Shown here in pieces: positions 7,698-17,373 of a stretch of DNA of 32,000 nt. The notes under the pieces are model-generated. The model made no database searches. It was not told where the DNA came from and saw only the letters and a list, made by a program, of their open reading frames with translations. Source of the DNA: Alkalilimnicola ehrlichii MLHE-1 (GTDB taxonomy: Bacteria; Pseudomonadota; Gammaproteobacteria; Nitrococcales; Halorhodospiraceae); NCBI RefSeq assembly GCF_000014785.1, contig NC_008340.1, positions 1,860,001-1,892,000 on the forward strand, in the 5' to 3' direction. A program made the translations under genes and the position numbers. Each line of letters opens with the position of its first letter. Position 1 is the stretch's first letter.

Positions 7698-8927
7698 CTA
7701 CCGGGGCGCCGCCTCCAGCCCGAGCACCCGCGCCTGGTGCCTTCGTCGCAGCCATGCGTCCAACACCACGCCCCCCGCCAACAGCAGGAAGCCGGCCAGC
7801 TCCACGACCAGGCTGTACTGAATGAACAAGGCGTAGAGAATGACCGACACCCCGGTCGCCGCCAGCGCCACAACAGCCCATCGCCCATGCCGGCGCACAC
7901 CGGCAGCCACCGCAGCCAAGGTCAGCAGGGCGAAGGCCGCAATGGCGACCGCCCATGCGCCTTCGTCCACCGCCAGCGAGTAGCCCAGCAGGGGCAGCAG
8001 GGCCAGCGCCGCCAGGGTCCCGTAACAGGACAGCAACGCCAGCAGCAATGCCGCCACGCCGAGAAACCCCCGCCGCCGGAGGGCAGCGAGCCAGTGGCGC
8101 GGGTCCGCGCGCCACAGCCAGCGCTGGAGCGTCGAGGGGGCGGTCGCCGCCCGGCGCATCCCCAGATCCAGCGAGTGGGCGCCGAAGCTCTCCGCGATCT
8201 CCCGCGTCTGGGCGCTGGGACTGTGAGCGAAGTAGTCGTGCCGACGCAAAACCTCGACAGCCTCGAAGCCGGCCTCACGAAACAGATGCAGGAGCTCCTC
8301 ATCCACCGTGGCCCCGACCACGCACTCCACCCAGAGACGGGGGTCCTCCCCGCAATCCACTGTCACGGGCCGCCGGATCACCACGTCGGCCATTTGCAGC
8401 CGCCCCCCAGGTCTCAGGACCCGGAACATCTCGGCGACGGCACGCCGTTTGTCCGGGACTAGGTTCAAGGCCCCGTTGCTGGTGACCACGTCAACACTGC
8501 CGTCGCTCAACGGCAACCGCTCGGCGGAGCCCTGAACCACGGCCACGTTGTCGCACCCCCCCGCCTGCGCGGCGTGATACAGGGTGGCGGTCATCGCCGG
8601 CGTCAGGTCCAGGGCGATCACCCGGCCGGCCGAACCCACCAACCCGGCGGCGATCAGGCTGTCATTCCCGGCCCCCGCCCCGATGTCCAGGACGGTGTCA
8701 CCCGGCCGCACCGCCTCCGCGCGAAAGGGATACCCCACGCCGGCGAAGGCACGCAGGGTCGCCTCCGGCAACCCCTGCAGCCGGGCCGGCGGGTAGCCCA
8801 ACGCCTCTGCGATCTGGCGGCCCACCGGGAAGTGAAAACCACTGGTCGGTGCCCGCGCCACCTGGCTGTACATGTCGCACACGGCGGCACGGATCTGTTC
8901 CCGTGAATACCCCAGCAGCGCGACCAT
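7698..8927 (-). CDS. SAM-dependent class I methyltransferase (ArsM/UbiE-like) fused to a C-terminal four-TM (MerC-like) domain
   Basis: Motif I DTVLDIGAGAGNDS, post-I VIALDLTPAM, motif VLRPGGRLQMADV, then hydrophobic segments (GFLGVAALLLALLSCYGTLAALALLPLLGY ... VVELAGFLLLAGGVVLDAWLRRR). Strong SD (GAGGAGGT) before ATG at 8927; the ORF opens at GTG 8933. Confidence 0.83.
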   Translation of the reverse strand: MVALLGYSREQIRAAVCDMYSQVARAPTSGFHFPVGRQIAEALGYPPARLQGLPEATLRAFAGVGYPFRAEAVRPGDTVLDIGAGAGNDSLIAAGLVGSAGRVIALDLTPAMTATLYHAAQAGGCDNVAVVQGSAERLPLSDGSVDVVTSNGALNLVPDKRRAVAEMFRVLRPGGRLQMADVVIRRPVTVDCGEDPRLWVECVVGATVDEELLHLFREAGFEAVEVLRRHDYFAHSPSAQTREIAESFGAHSLDLGMRRAATAPSTLQRWLWRADPRHWLAALRRRGFLGVAALLLALLSCYGTLAALALLPLLGYSLAVDEGAWAVAIAAFALLTLAAVAAGVRRHGRWAVVALAATGVSVILYALFIQYSLVVELAGFLLLAGGVVLDAWLRRRHQARVLGLEAAPR

Positions 8928-8944
8928 CCCCACCTCCTCTCGTC

Positions 8945-9634
8945 TCAGTCACCGGCGCCCGGCTCGCGGCCATTCACCAGGCCCGCGTCGAGGGCATGCT
9001 GCCACAAGGCCTTTTGCAGGCGTGCGCGGCCCCGGCTCAGGCGCGACTGCACCGTGCCCACGGGGATATCGAGCAGTTCGGCCACCTCCCGGTAGCGATA
9101 GCCCTGGACCTCAACCAGGATCACCACCAACCGGTAGTCTTCCGGCAACCCGTCCAGGGCCCGGGCCAGGTCCTCGCGCATCAGCGCACTCAAAAACTGA
9201 TCCCCCTGATGGCCCCACCAGAGCAGGAACGGCTGGTGCAGCCGCTGAAACAGGGAGAAGCTGTCATCGGCGGCGCTTTCGCCGTCCACCTCGGCGTCGA
9301 CGCTGAGCTCCGTCCGATCGCGCCGGCGACGTTGTCGACAGCGGCTGACGAAGACATTGCCCAGGACGTGGAACAGCCAGCCCGCCAGGCACTCAGGGTC
9401 GCGCAGCTGATCCAGTCGGGCCCAGGCCCTGGCCACCGTCTCGGCCACCACCTCCTCGGCCTCGTCAGGGTCGCGGGTGAGTCGGAGCGCAGCGCCGTAC
9501 AGCCGATCCATCAGGCGGCCGATCTCCCGCTCGAAAAGGGCCCGGCGGCGCGTGGAGACCACTGCCGCGCGCCCGCCAGGGGCGGAGGCCTCAGGACCGC
9601 TGCACCGGGTATCGTGCACCCTCTCCGAACACAT
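8945..9634 (-). CDS. ECF-type RNA polymerase sigma factor
   Basis: Sigma2 region (LMDRLYGAALRLTRDPDEAEEVVAETVARAWARLDQLRDPECLAGWLFHVLGNVF) and sigma4 region (ALDGLPEDYRLVVILVEVQGYRYREVAELLDIPVGTVQSRLSRGRARLQ). ATG at 9634 has a GGAGGA SD; the ORF extends upstream to TTG at 9721. Confidence 0.9.
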   Translation of the reverse strand: MCSERVHDTRCSGPEASAPGGRAAVVSTRRRALFEREIGRLMDRLYGAALRLTRDPDEAEEVVAETVARAWARLDQLRDPECLAGWLFHVLGNVFVSRCRQRRRRDRTELSVDAEVDGESAADDSFSLFQRLHQPFLLWWGHQGDQFLSALMREDLARALDGLPEDYRLVVILVEVQGYRYREVAELLDIPVGTVQSRLSRGRARLQKALWQHALDAGLVNGREPGAGD

Positions 9635-9785
9635 GGCTCCTCCGGCTGCCACCGGGCATGCGACGACACCGAACGGGGCCGACCCATCGGCAACCGGGTC
9701 GACTGGAATCCACCTGCACAAAGCATGACGGAGGGGCTTGGGGGTGTATTGAAAAAAACTGACCTGCCGGGTAAGAAAGGGCCCG

Positions 9786-10019
9786 TCAGTATTCGTTCAG
9801 CAGATCGTCGATGCGGGCGCGCAGGCGGGCCGGCGCGGGTACGCGGGCCGCCTCCTGGAGCTTTTCGCGCAGCTTGCGCTCGAACTCCGCCCGGCTGTAG
9901 CACTCACGGCATCGGCTCAGGTGACGGTCGATGGCGGCACGGCTCTGCTCACCGAGCTCCCCATCCAGGTAGGCCAGAAGTTGCTCGATCACTTGCTCGC
10001 AGGAGAGTTCCTGTTCCAT
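9786..10019 (-). CDS. Small soluble zinc-binding anti-sigma factor (ZAS/RsrA-like)
   Basis: 77 aa with LSCEQVIEQLLAYLDGELGEQSRAAIDRHLSRCRECYSRAEFERKLREKL; HX3CX2C signature, no TM segment, adjacent to the ECF sigma gene. Confidence 0.85.
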   Translation of the reverse strand: MEQELSCEQVIEQLLAYLDGELGEQSRAAIDRHLSRCRECYSRAEFERKLREKLQEAARVPAPARLRARIDDLLNEY

Positions 10020-10155
10020 CGTCTCTGCACCCCGTACCGCCGGGCCGAGGCGCCGGCGAAACCCGATCGCGCGGCGCGGCCTGCTGCAAGCATGAACCAG
10101 ATTCCCGGACCACGCCAGGTAACTTGGCCTGCAAAGGGACCGTGACTACCGGCCC

Positions 10156-10181
10156 GGAACAAAATCGCCGCGGTGGACGTC
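10156..10181 (+). promoter_or_regulatory. Putative ECF-sigma-dependent promoter (GGAAC-N17-CGTC) for the divergent methyltransferase
   Basis: GGAAC at 10156-10160, CGTC at 10178-10181, spacer 17 nt, 55 nt upstream of ATG 10237. Matches the general ECF -35/-10 pattern. Confidence 0.5.
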
Positions 10182-10236
10182 CTTGCGGTCAGCACATCAG
10201 ACCGAGAGCGGGGACACCCCGCGGGAGGATGGCATC

Positions 10237-11022
10237 ATGAGCACGGTAGACGAGCGTACCGGCGTGGACCGTCAGGCCCTGGAGGCCAAGGTCAAGGAGA
10301 TGTACAGCCGGGTGGCCAACGAGCCCGACACCGATTTCCACTTCGAGATGGGGCGCGGCCTGGCCGAGCGGCTGGGCTATCGGCCCGACGATCTGGACCG
10401 CATCCCGAGGGAGGCGGTGGACTCCTTCGCCGGGGTCGGTTACCACCTGGACCTGGCCGGGATCGAGGCGGGCCAGGTCGTGGTGGACCTGGGCAGCGGC
10501 TCGGGAATGGACACCTTCATCGCAGCGCTGAAGGCCCTGCCCGGTGGCCACGTCATCGGCGTGGACATGACCGAGGCCCAGCGGACCAAGGCCAGCCACC
10601 TGGCGGCGACGGCCAGGATCGACAATGTGGAGTTCCGGGAGGGCTATATCGAGACCCCACCCGTCCGGGACGGCAGCGCAGACGTGGTGATCAGCAATGG
10701 CGTCATCAACCTGTCTGCGGAAAAGGAGCGGGTCTTCGCGGAGGCGGCCCGCCTGCTTCGCCCCGGGGGCCGGCTGGCGCTGTCCGATATTGTCACCGAG
10801 GCCCAACTGCCCGGCAGCGTGAAGTGCGACGCCACCTTGTGGGCGGCCTGCATCGGCGGCGCCATGCAACAGGATGATTACCTGGCCGCCATCACCCGGG
10901 CCGCCCTGGAGGTGGCGGAGGTGCGGGCGAACCCGCAGTACCACTTCCTGACCGAGGCGGCCCAGGGGGCCAGCCGCCGCTTTGGCGTCAAAAGCGTGTC
11001 GGTCTTGGCCATCAAACGGTAA
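10237..11022 (+). CDS. SAM-dependent methyltransferase, ArsM-like, paralogous to the N-terminal domain of the 7698..8927 product
   Basis: MYSRVANEPDTDFHFEMGRGLAERLGY, SFAGVGYHLD, VVDLGSGSGMDTFIAA, VIGVDMTEAQ, LWAACIGGA. RBS GGGAGGA before ATG 10237. Confidence 0.87.
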   Translation: MSTVDERTGVDRQALEAKVKEMYSRVANEPDTDFHFEMGRGLAERLGYRPDDLDRIPREAVDSFAGVGYHLDLAGIEAGQVVVDLGSGSGMDTFIAALKALPGGHVIGVDMTEAQRTKASHLAATARIDNVEFREGYIETPPVRDGSADVVISNGVINLSAEKERVFAEAARLLRPGGRLALSDIVTEAQLPGSVKCDATLWAACIGGAMQQDDYLAAITRAALEVAEVRANPQYHFLTEAAQGASRRFGVKSVSVLAIKR

Positions 11023-11157
11023 CCCATTTGCCGGCAACGGCGGTGTGCGGCTTCCCCGGGCCGTGCACCGTCCGCTACCCACCTCTGCCGCAGCCACCGG
11101 GCACTTGCTAAAGTGATAGGCATTGTGGACAGATCCACGCCTGGCCTGGGGGCCGAT

Positions 11158-11895
11158 ATGCGTCGACCCAAACTCACGGTGCTCAAGACCGGCTCCACCC
11201 TGCCCGGCCTGCTCAATCGCCGCGGCGACTTCGAGGACTGGATCCGCCAGCCCCTGCTCCGGACCGGGGCCGAGGTGCGGGTGGTGGACGCGCAGGCCGG
11301 TGAGCCCCTGCCACCGCCCGGCCGCCAGGACGGGGTGGTGGTCACCGGCTCGCCCAGCATGGTGTCGCGCCGCGAGCCCTGGAGCGAGGAGGCCGCGGAC
11401 TGGCTGGGCAGTCTGGCGGTGCGGGGCACGCCCATCCCCATTCTCGGGATCTGCTTCGGGCACCAGCTTCTGGCACATGCCCTGGGCGGCGAGGTGGGCC
11501 GCAACCCGGCCGGCCGGGAGATCGGCACGGTGGACGTGGAGTGCCTTGCGGCCGCCGGCGAAGACCCCTTGTTTGGCACCCTGCCCAACCCCTTCGCCGC
11601 CCACGTCACCCACGAGGAGAGCGTACTGACGCTGCCGGCGGAGGCGGTGCACCTGGCCCGCAGTGCCGGTGACCGCCACCAGGCGTTTCGCTGGGGGGAG
11701 TGCGCCTGGGGCGTGCAGTTCCACCCGGAGTTCAACCGCGCGGTGATGTGCGACTACCTGGCCGGACGTCGGCAGCTCCTGCGGGCCGAGGGGCTGGACC
11801 CGCTGGCGCTGTTCCGGAGTGCCCGGGAGACCCCGCAAAGCCACGGGCTGCTGGCGCGATTCACGCAGCTCTGTGCCCAGGTGGAGCTGGACTGA
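11158..11895 (+). CDS. Class I glutamine amidotransferase domain protein (GMP synthase-like GATase)
   Basis: VVVTGSPSMVSRREPW, ILGICFGHQLLAHALGG (nucleophile Cys), WGVQFHPEF (His-x-Glu). Confidence 0.87.
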   Translation: MRRPKLTVLKTGSTLPGLLNRRGDFEDWIRQPLLRTGAEVRVVDAQAGEPLPPPGRQDGVVVTGSPSMVSRREPWSEEAADWLGSLAVRGTPIPILGICFGHQLLAHALGGEVGRNPAGREIGTVDVECLAAAGEDPLFGTLPNPFAAHVTHEESVLTLPAEAVHLARSAGDRHQAFRWGECAWGVQFHPEFNRAVMCDYLAGRRQLLRAEGLDPLALFRSARETPQSHGLLARFTQLCAQVELD

Positions 11896-11995
11896 AAGCG
11901 GACCAGCGGTGCACCGGTGCGACCCACCTATTCCCGACCCCGTCGGTATGCTATTAGCCGGCAAGGCCTGTTATCATTAGCGGCCCTTTTTCGCA

Positions 11996-14900
11996 GTGAT
12001 CACGGACCACCACTCCATGACCAGCATCACCCGAATTCGCGAGATCCCTTACAACTACACCTCGTATTCCGACCGTGAGATCGTTATCCGTTTCCTGGGC
12101 GAGGAGGCCTGGGAGCGACTGAACCGCCTGCGCGGGGAGCGCCGTACCGGCATCTCCGCGCGCATGCTGTTCGAGGTGCTAGGGGACCTGTGGGTGGTGT
12201 GTCGCAACCCCTATATTCAGGACGATCTGCTCAAGCACCGCAAACGCCTGGACAACCTGGTGCACGCCATGCACCACCGGTTGGACCAGATCGTCCAACG
12301 CGCTGAAGGCAATCAGGAGGCGCTGAAGCTGGCCGAGGAGGCCCGCAGCGCGGTCAAGCGGTTCGAGGACAGCTTCCCGGCCATGCGTCGACGCCGGGCC
12401 GAGGCCCTCAAGCGTTTCCGCGGCATCACCCGCCGCGACAATATCTGCTTCGACGGCCTGTCCCGGGTCTCCCATGTCACCGACGCCACCGACTGGCGCG
12501 TGGAGCTCCCCTTCGTGGTGCTCTGCCCGGACACCGAAGAGGAGATGGCGCGGCTGGTCCAGGCCTGCTTCGAGCTCGATCTCACCGTGATCCCGCGCGG
12601 TGGCGGCACCGGCTATACCGGGGGCGCCGTGCCCCTGAGCGAGCACTCGGCGGTGATCAACACCGAGAAACTGGAGGGCATCAGCGATGTCATCTGGCGG
12701 GAGCTGCCGGGACGGGACGGCGACAAGGTGCCCACCGTGCGCACGGAGGCCGGCGTGGTCACCCGACGGGTCTCAGACCTGGCCGGCAAGCACGGCCTGG
12801 TCTTCGCCGTCGATCCCACCTCGCAGGATGCCTCCACCATCGGCGGCAACATCGCTATGAACGCCGGTGGCAAGAAGGCGGTGCTCTGGGGAACCACCCT
12901 GGACAACCTGGTCTCCTGGCGCATGGTCACCCCCGACGCCACCTGGCTGGAGGTGGAACGCCTGAACCACAACCTGGGCAAAATCCACGACCAGGAGTGG
13001 GTGCAGTTCCGCGTCACCCGCTACGCCGCCGACAACAAGACCCCGCTCGGCGAGCCGGAGCTGCTCGAGTTCCCCGGCAGCCAGTTCCGCCAGGTGGGCC
13101 TCGGCAAGGACGTCACCGACAAGTTCCTGGGCGGGCTGCCCGGCGTGCAAAAGGAGGGGTGCGACGGGCTGATCACCTCGGGGGTGTTCGTGCTCCACCG
13201 GATGCCTGAGCACATCCGCACCGTCTGCCTGGAGTTCTACGGCAAGGACCTGCGCGAGGCGGTCCCGGCCATTGTCGAGATCAAGGACGACCTGGATGCG
13301 GACGATAAGGTGCTGCTCTCCGGGCTTGAGCACTTGGATGAGCGCTACGTGCGGGCAGTCAAGTACACCCCCAAGGGCACTCGCCGGGAACGGCCCAAGA
13401 TGGTACTGATCGGCGATATCGTCTCCGACGATGAGCAGGCGGTGGCCGCCGCGGCCTCGCGGATGATCCGCCTGGCCAATGCTCGGAATGCGGAGGGCTA
13501 CGTCGCCATCAGCCCCGAGGCCCGGCGCACCTTCTGGGCCGACCGCTCGCGCACCGCCGCCATCGCCGCCCATACCAACGCCTTCAAGATCAACGAGGAC
13601 GTGGTCATCCCGCTGGACAAACTGGCGGAGTACAGCGAAGGCATTGAGCGCATCAACATCGTCCAGTCGCTGCGGAACAAACTGGCCATGACCCGGGCCA
13701 CGCTGGACTACCTGGGCGGGGAGATGCCCGAACTCAAGCGCCTGCCCGATTACGAGGAGAGCGCCGAAGGCGACACCATGCTCGCCGGCAAGATCCGCCT
13801 GGCGCGGGAGCACGTGCAGGCGGTGCATGACCGCTGGAGCGGGATCCTGGCCCACCTGGACGATCCGGTCAGCGACCACCTGGGCCTGCTGGACGACGAC
13901 GCCCGCGCCGATGCCCGCGGTGATGAGGCGCTGGTCCAGCTCATCCTGCGCCACAGCCTGCGGGTGTCCTGGCGCGCCGAGGTGGAGCGGCCGATCAAGG
14001 AGATCTTCCACGGCGCCAGCATGGAGCCGGTGGTGGAGCGCATTGATGCCATCCACGACCAGGTGCTCACCAGCCGCCTGTTCGTGGCCCTGCACATGCA
14101 CGCCGGAGATGGCAACGTGCACACCAACATCCCGGTGAACTCCAACGATTACGAGATGATGCACGAGGCCGATCGCATCGTGGACCAGGTCATGGCCCTG
14201 GCGCGCCGGCTGGGCGGCGTTATCTCCGGCGAGCACGGCATCGGGCTGACAAAAATGCAGTACCTGGATCAGGAGCAGATCGACCGCTTCGCCGAGTACA
14301 AGCAGAAGGTGGACCCCGAACAGCGCTTCAACCGCGGCAAGCTCATGCAGGGCACCAGCCTGGAGCGCGCCTACACCCCGTCGCTGCGCCTGGTCCAGCA
14401 GGAAGCGCTGATCATGGAGCAGAGCGAGCTGGGCGAGCTCAACGACGACATCAAAGACTGCCTGCGCTGCGGCAAATGCAAGCCGGTCTGCACCACCCAT
14501 GTGCCGCGGGCCAACCTGCATTACTCCCCGCGCAACAAGATCCTGGCCACCGGCCTGGTGATTGAGGCGTTCCTGTACGAGGAGCAGACCCGGCGCGGCA
14601 TCTCGCTGGAGCACTTCGCCGAGGCCAACGACATCGCCGACCACTGCACCATCTGCCACCGTTGCGAGAAGCCCTGCCCGGTGAACATCGACTTCGGCGA
14701 TGTCACCATCAAGATGCGCAACATCCTGAAGCAAAGGGGCCAGCGCACCTTCAAGCCCACCAGCATGGCATCCATGGCCTTTCTCAACGCCAAGGACCCG
14801 CGCACCATCGGCGCCATGCGCGAGGGCATGATCCGCTGGGGCTATGGGGCCCAGCGCCTGGCCACCTCGGTGGCGCGCCGGTTGGGCGTGAGTGGGCGCA

Positions 14901-15883
14901 ACAAGGATACGCCCAAGGACCGACCGGCCAAGACCACCGGCAAACCGGACATCCCGGCCCAGGTGGTGCACTTCATGCGCAAACCGATGCCGGATGTGCC
15001 CCGCAAGCCCGCACGCGCCCTGCTCGGTGTGGAGGACAGCAAGTACGTCCCCATCATCCGCGACCCGCAAAAGGCGGACGAGAACGCCGACGCGGTGTTC
15101 TATTTCCCCGGTTGCGGCTCCGAGCGGCTGTTCAGCCAGATCGGGCTGGCTACCCTGGCCATGCTCTACCACGCCGGCGCCCGCACCGTGCTGCCCCCGG
15201 GCTACCTCTGCTGCGGCTACCCGCAGACCGCCGGCGGCGACATCGACAAAGGCAAGGCCATCACCACCGAGAACCGGGTGCTATTCCACCGCGTGGCCAA
15301 CACGCTGAACTACATGGACATCAAGACCGTGGTGGTCTCCTGCGGCACCTGCATGGATCAACTGCTCAAGTACGAGTTCGAGAAGATCTTCCCCGGCGGC
15401 CGGCTGCTGGACATCCACGAGTACCTGATGGAGAAGGGCTACCAGATCGATGGCGTGGACGGGGTGCAGTACATGTACCACTCCCCCTGCCACGAGCCGA
15501 TGAAGGCCTATGACAGTACCAAGGTGGCCAGCACCCTGATGGGCCAGAATGTCCCGCTCAACGACCGCTGCTGTGGCGAGGCCGGCACCTTCGCCATCGA
15601 TCGCCCGGACATCGCCACCCAGGTCCGCTTCCGCAAGGAGGAGGAGATCGCCGGCGGCGCCCGGGAGCTGACCGGCCGGGGGGGCAAGCCGGAGAAGGGT
15701 AAGGTCAAGATGCTCACCTCCTGCCCCGCCTGCCTCCAGGGGCTGTCCCGGTATCGCGATGACACCAACGTGGACGCGGACTACATCGTCATCGAGATGG
15801 CCAGGCACCTGCTGGGTGAGGATTGGCAGCCGGACTTCATCGACCGGGCCAATAGCGGCGGGGTTGAGAAGGTCCTGTTGTGA
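11996..15883 (+). CDS. DUF3683-type giant FAD-linked oxidoreductase: FAD-binding + FAD-oxidase C + 2x[4Fe-4S] + two CCG domains
   Basis: 1295 aa: [19 protein letters not shown] (FAD_binding_4), [18 protein letters not shown] and [66 protein letters not shown] at 11996 or ATG at 12017 as start. Confidence 0.88.
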   Translation: MITDHHSMTSITRIREIPYNYTSYSDREIVIRFLGEEAWERLNRLRGERRTGISARMLFEVLGDLWVVCRNPYIQDDLLKHRKRLDNLVHAMHHRLDQIVQRAEGNQEALKLAEEARSAVKRFEDSFPAMRRRRAEALKRFRGITRRDNICFDGLSRVSHVTDATDWRVELPFVVLCPDTEEEMARLVQACFELDLTVIPRGGGTGYTGGAVPLSEHSAVINTEKLEGISDVIWRELPGRDGDKVPTVRTEAGVVTRRVSDLAGKHGLVFAVDPTSQDASTIGGNIAMNAGGKKAVLWGTTLDNLVSWRMVTPDATWLEVERLNHNLGKIHDQEWVQFRVTRYAADNKTPLGEPELLEFPGSQFRQVGLGKDVTDKFLGGLPGVQKEGCDGLITSGVFVLHRMPEHIRTVCLEFYGKDLREAVPAIVEIKDDLDADDKVLLSGLEHLDERYVRAVKYTPKGTRRERPKMVLIGDIVSDDEQAVAAAASRMIRLANARNAEGYVAISPEARRTFWADRSRTAAIAAHTNAFKINEDVVIPLDKLAEYSEGIERINIVQSLRNKLAMTRATLDYLGGEMPELKRLPDYEESAEGDTMLAGKIRLAREHVQAVHDRWSGILAHLDDPVSDHLGLLDDDARADARGDEALVQLILRHSLRVSWRAEVERPIKEIFHGASMEPVVERIDAIHDQVLTSRLFVALHMHAGDGNVHTNIPVNSNDYEMMHEADRIVDQVMALARRLGGVISGEHGIGLTKMQYLDQEQIDRFAEYKQKVDPEQRFNRGKLMQGTSLERAYTPSLRLVQQEALIMEQSELGELNDDIKDCLRCGKCKPVCTTHVPRANLHYSPRNKILATGLVIEAFLYEEQTRRGISLEHFAEANDIADHCTICHRCEKPCPVNIDFGDVTIKMRNILKQRGQRTFKPTSMASMAFLNAKDPRTIGAMREGMIRWGYGAQRLATSVARRLGVSGRNKDTPKDRPAKTTGKPDIPAQVVHFMRKPMPDVPRKPARALLGVEDSKYVPIIRDPQKADENADAVFYFPGCGSERLFSQIGLATLAMLYHAGARTVLPPGYLCCGYPQTAGGDIDKGKAITTENRVLFHRVANTLNYMDIKTVVVSCGTCMDQLLKYEFEKIFPGGRLLDIHEYLMEKGYQIDGVDGVQYMYHSPCHEPMKAYDSTKVASTLMGQNVPLNDRCCGEAGTFAIDRPDIATQVRFRKEEEIAGGARELTGRGGKPEKGKVKMLTSCPACLQGLSRYRDDTNVDADYIVIEMARHLLGEDWQPDFIDRANSGGVEKVLL

Positions 15884-17237
15884 CGGGCACGCTCTCGCCC
15901 CTGCCGGTCTCCGGCGGGGGCGCCTGCAACCACGCCAGGCCCTGGCGGTAGAGGGACCAGGCCGCCAGGCCCGCCAGCAGGTTCCCCACCAGCACGCCCA
16001 GGAACAGGCCGGTCATCCCCCCCAAGCGGGCGCCGACCCACAGGGCCGGCAGGTAGCAGACGAACAGCCGCAGCAGGGCGATGACCAGGGCCCGCAGGGG
16101 CATCCCCAGGGCGTTGCACACCGACACCATTAGCATGCAGACACCGAGCGCGGCGTAGCTCCATGGCGCCAGGCGCAGGTAGTCGGTGAGCAGGCCCGCC
16201 ACCTCCGGCTCCCGGCTGATCAGCTCGGGCAGGAAGAAGGACAACACCAGCCAGACCACGGCGACCCCCAACTGCCAGACCAGCACAAAGGTCACCGCGA
16301 TGTGAACCAGGCGACGGATACTGTCCGGGTCACCCGCGCCGCGGAACCGCCCCACCATGGGTGGCAGGGCCATGGTCAGGGCCAGCACCGCGACGATAGA
16401 GAAAAACTCCAGCCGAGTGGCGATGGCCCAGGCCCCCACCGCGGCCGAGCCGAAGCCGGCCACCAGGGCGGTGGCCGCCATGGCCGAGACCGGCGGCAGC
16501 AGCTGGCTCGCCGTGGCCGGCCCGGTGATCCCACCCAGGTCCCGCAGCGCGCGCAGCGGCGACAGGCCGCGCGGGCGGAAGCGCAGACGGTCCTGCCGCC
16601 GCAGCGCCCAGTGGACGATACCCAGTGAGACGCCAAACGCCACCACCGTGGCCCAGGCGGCACCGGGCAGTCCCCAGCCAAAGACGAAGATGAACAAGGG
16701 ATCCAGCGCCACGTTGATCAGGCTGCTGATAACCATCAGCAGGCCGGGCAGGCGGGTATCCCCATGGGCACGACAGACGCTGTATCCAAAGTAGAGTTGC
16801 GCCCCCAGCCAGGTGGCCAGCAACCACGGCCCCCAGTAGGCATCGATCAGGGGCAACAGTTCCGGCCCCGCCCCCATCAACCCCACCAGGGGATAGCGGA
16901 CGCCCCACAACAGCAGCGCCAGCAGTGCCATCAGCCCTGCACCGCCCATGATCACCAGCCCGCCGAGCTGACGGGCACGCTCCTGGTGGGCGGCCCCCAA
17001 GCTGCGGGAGATGACCGCCGTGGTGGCGATACCCAGCCCCACCTGCACCCCGATGATCACCTGCTGCACGGGCAGGGTGAACCCCAGTGCGGCCAGCGGC
17101 TCCACACCCAGGTAGCTGATGAACACGCTGTCCACCAACTGGTAGCTCATCAGTGCCAGCACACCGAAGAGCATCGGCCAGGTCATGCGGAACAGCGTCC
17201 GGCCCAGGCCGGCACGCAACATCTCCTCAGTGGTCAT
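15837..17237 (-). CDS. MATE family efflux transporter
   Basis: 466 aa, about 12 hydrophobic segments, [79 protein letters not shown]. Confidence 0.9.
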   Translation of the reverse strand: MTTEEMLRAGLGRTLFRMTWPMLFGVLALMSYQLVDSVFISYLGVEPLAALGFTLPVQQVIIGVQVGLGIATTAVISRSLGAAHQERARQLGGLVIMGGAGLMALLALLLWGVRYPLVGLMGAGPELLPLIDAYWGPWLLATWLGAQLYFGYSVCRAHGDTRLPGLLMVISSLINVALDPLFIFVFGWGLPGAAWATVVAFGVSLGIVHWALRRQDRLRFRPRGLSPLRALRDLGGITGPATASQLLPPVSAMAATALVAGFGSAAVGAWAIATRLEFFSIVAVLALTMALPPMVGRFRGAGDPDSIRRLVHIAVTFVLVWQLGVAVVWLVLSFFLPELISREPEVAGLLTDYLRLAPWSYAALGVCMLMVSVCNALGMPLRALVIALLRLFVCYLPALWVGARLGGMTGLFLGVLVGNLLAGLAAWSLYRQGLAWLQAPPPETGRGESVPVTTGPSQPRRYWPGR

Positions 17238-17373
17238 AGGGGCACGACGGCTGCCTGCGGTGATCGGGAGCGGGACAGTCTAACAGCCGCACCGGAAAAC
17301 CAGGGGGGCGGGTGGCACAAGCGCGCCTCCGGTGCGATGCTGGAAGGCAGGCGTCACTACAGCCGGGGCCGAC

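Noticed and set aside
10001-10020. GTTCC motifs as a possible minus-strand ECF -35 element
   Set aside because: They lie inside the anti-sigma coding sequence at its start, so cannot drive that gene; no properly spaced -10 was seen.
10189-11964. 591-aa minus-strand ORF
   Set aside because: Antisense to both the methyltransferase and the glutamine amidotransferase; composition typical of shadow ORFs.
12773-15172. 799-aa minus-strand ORF
   Set aside because: Longest antisense ORF, but it lies entirely within the strongly motif-supported FAD/Fe-S oxidoreductase; the absence of stops is explained by high GC at codon position 3.
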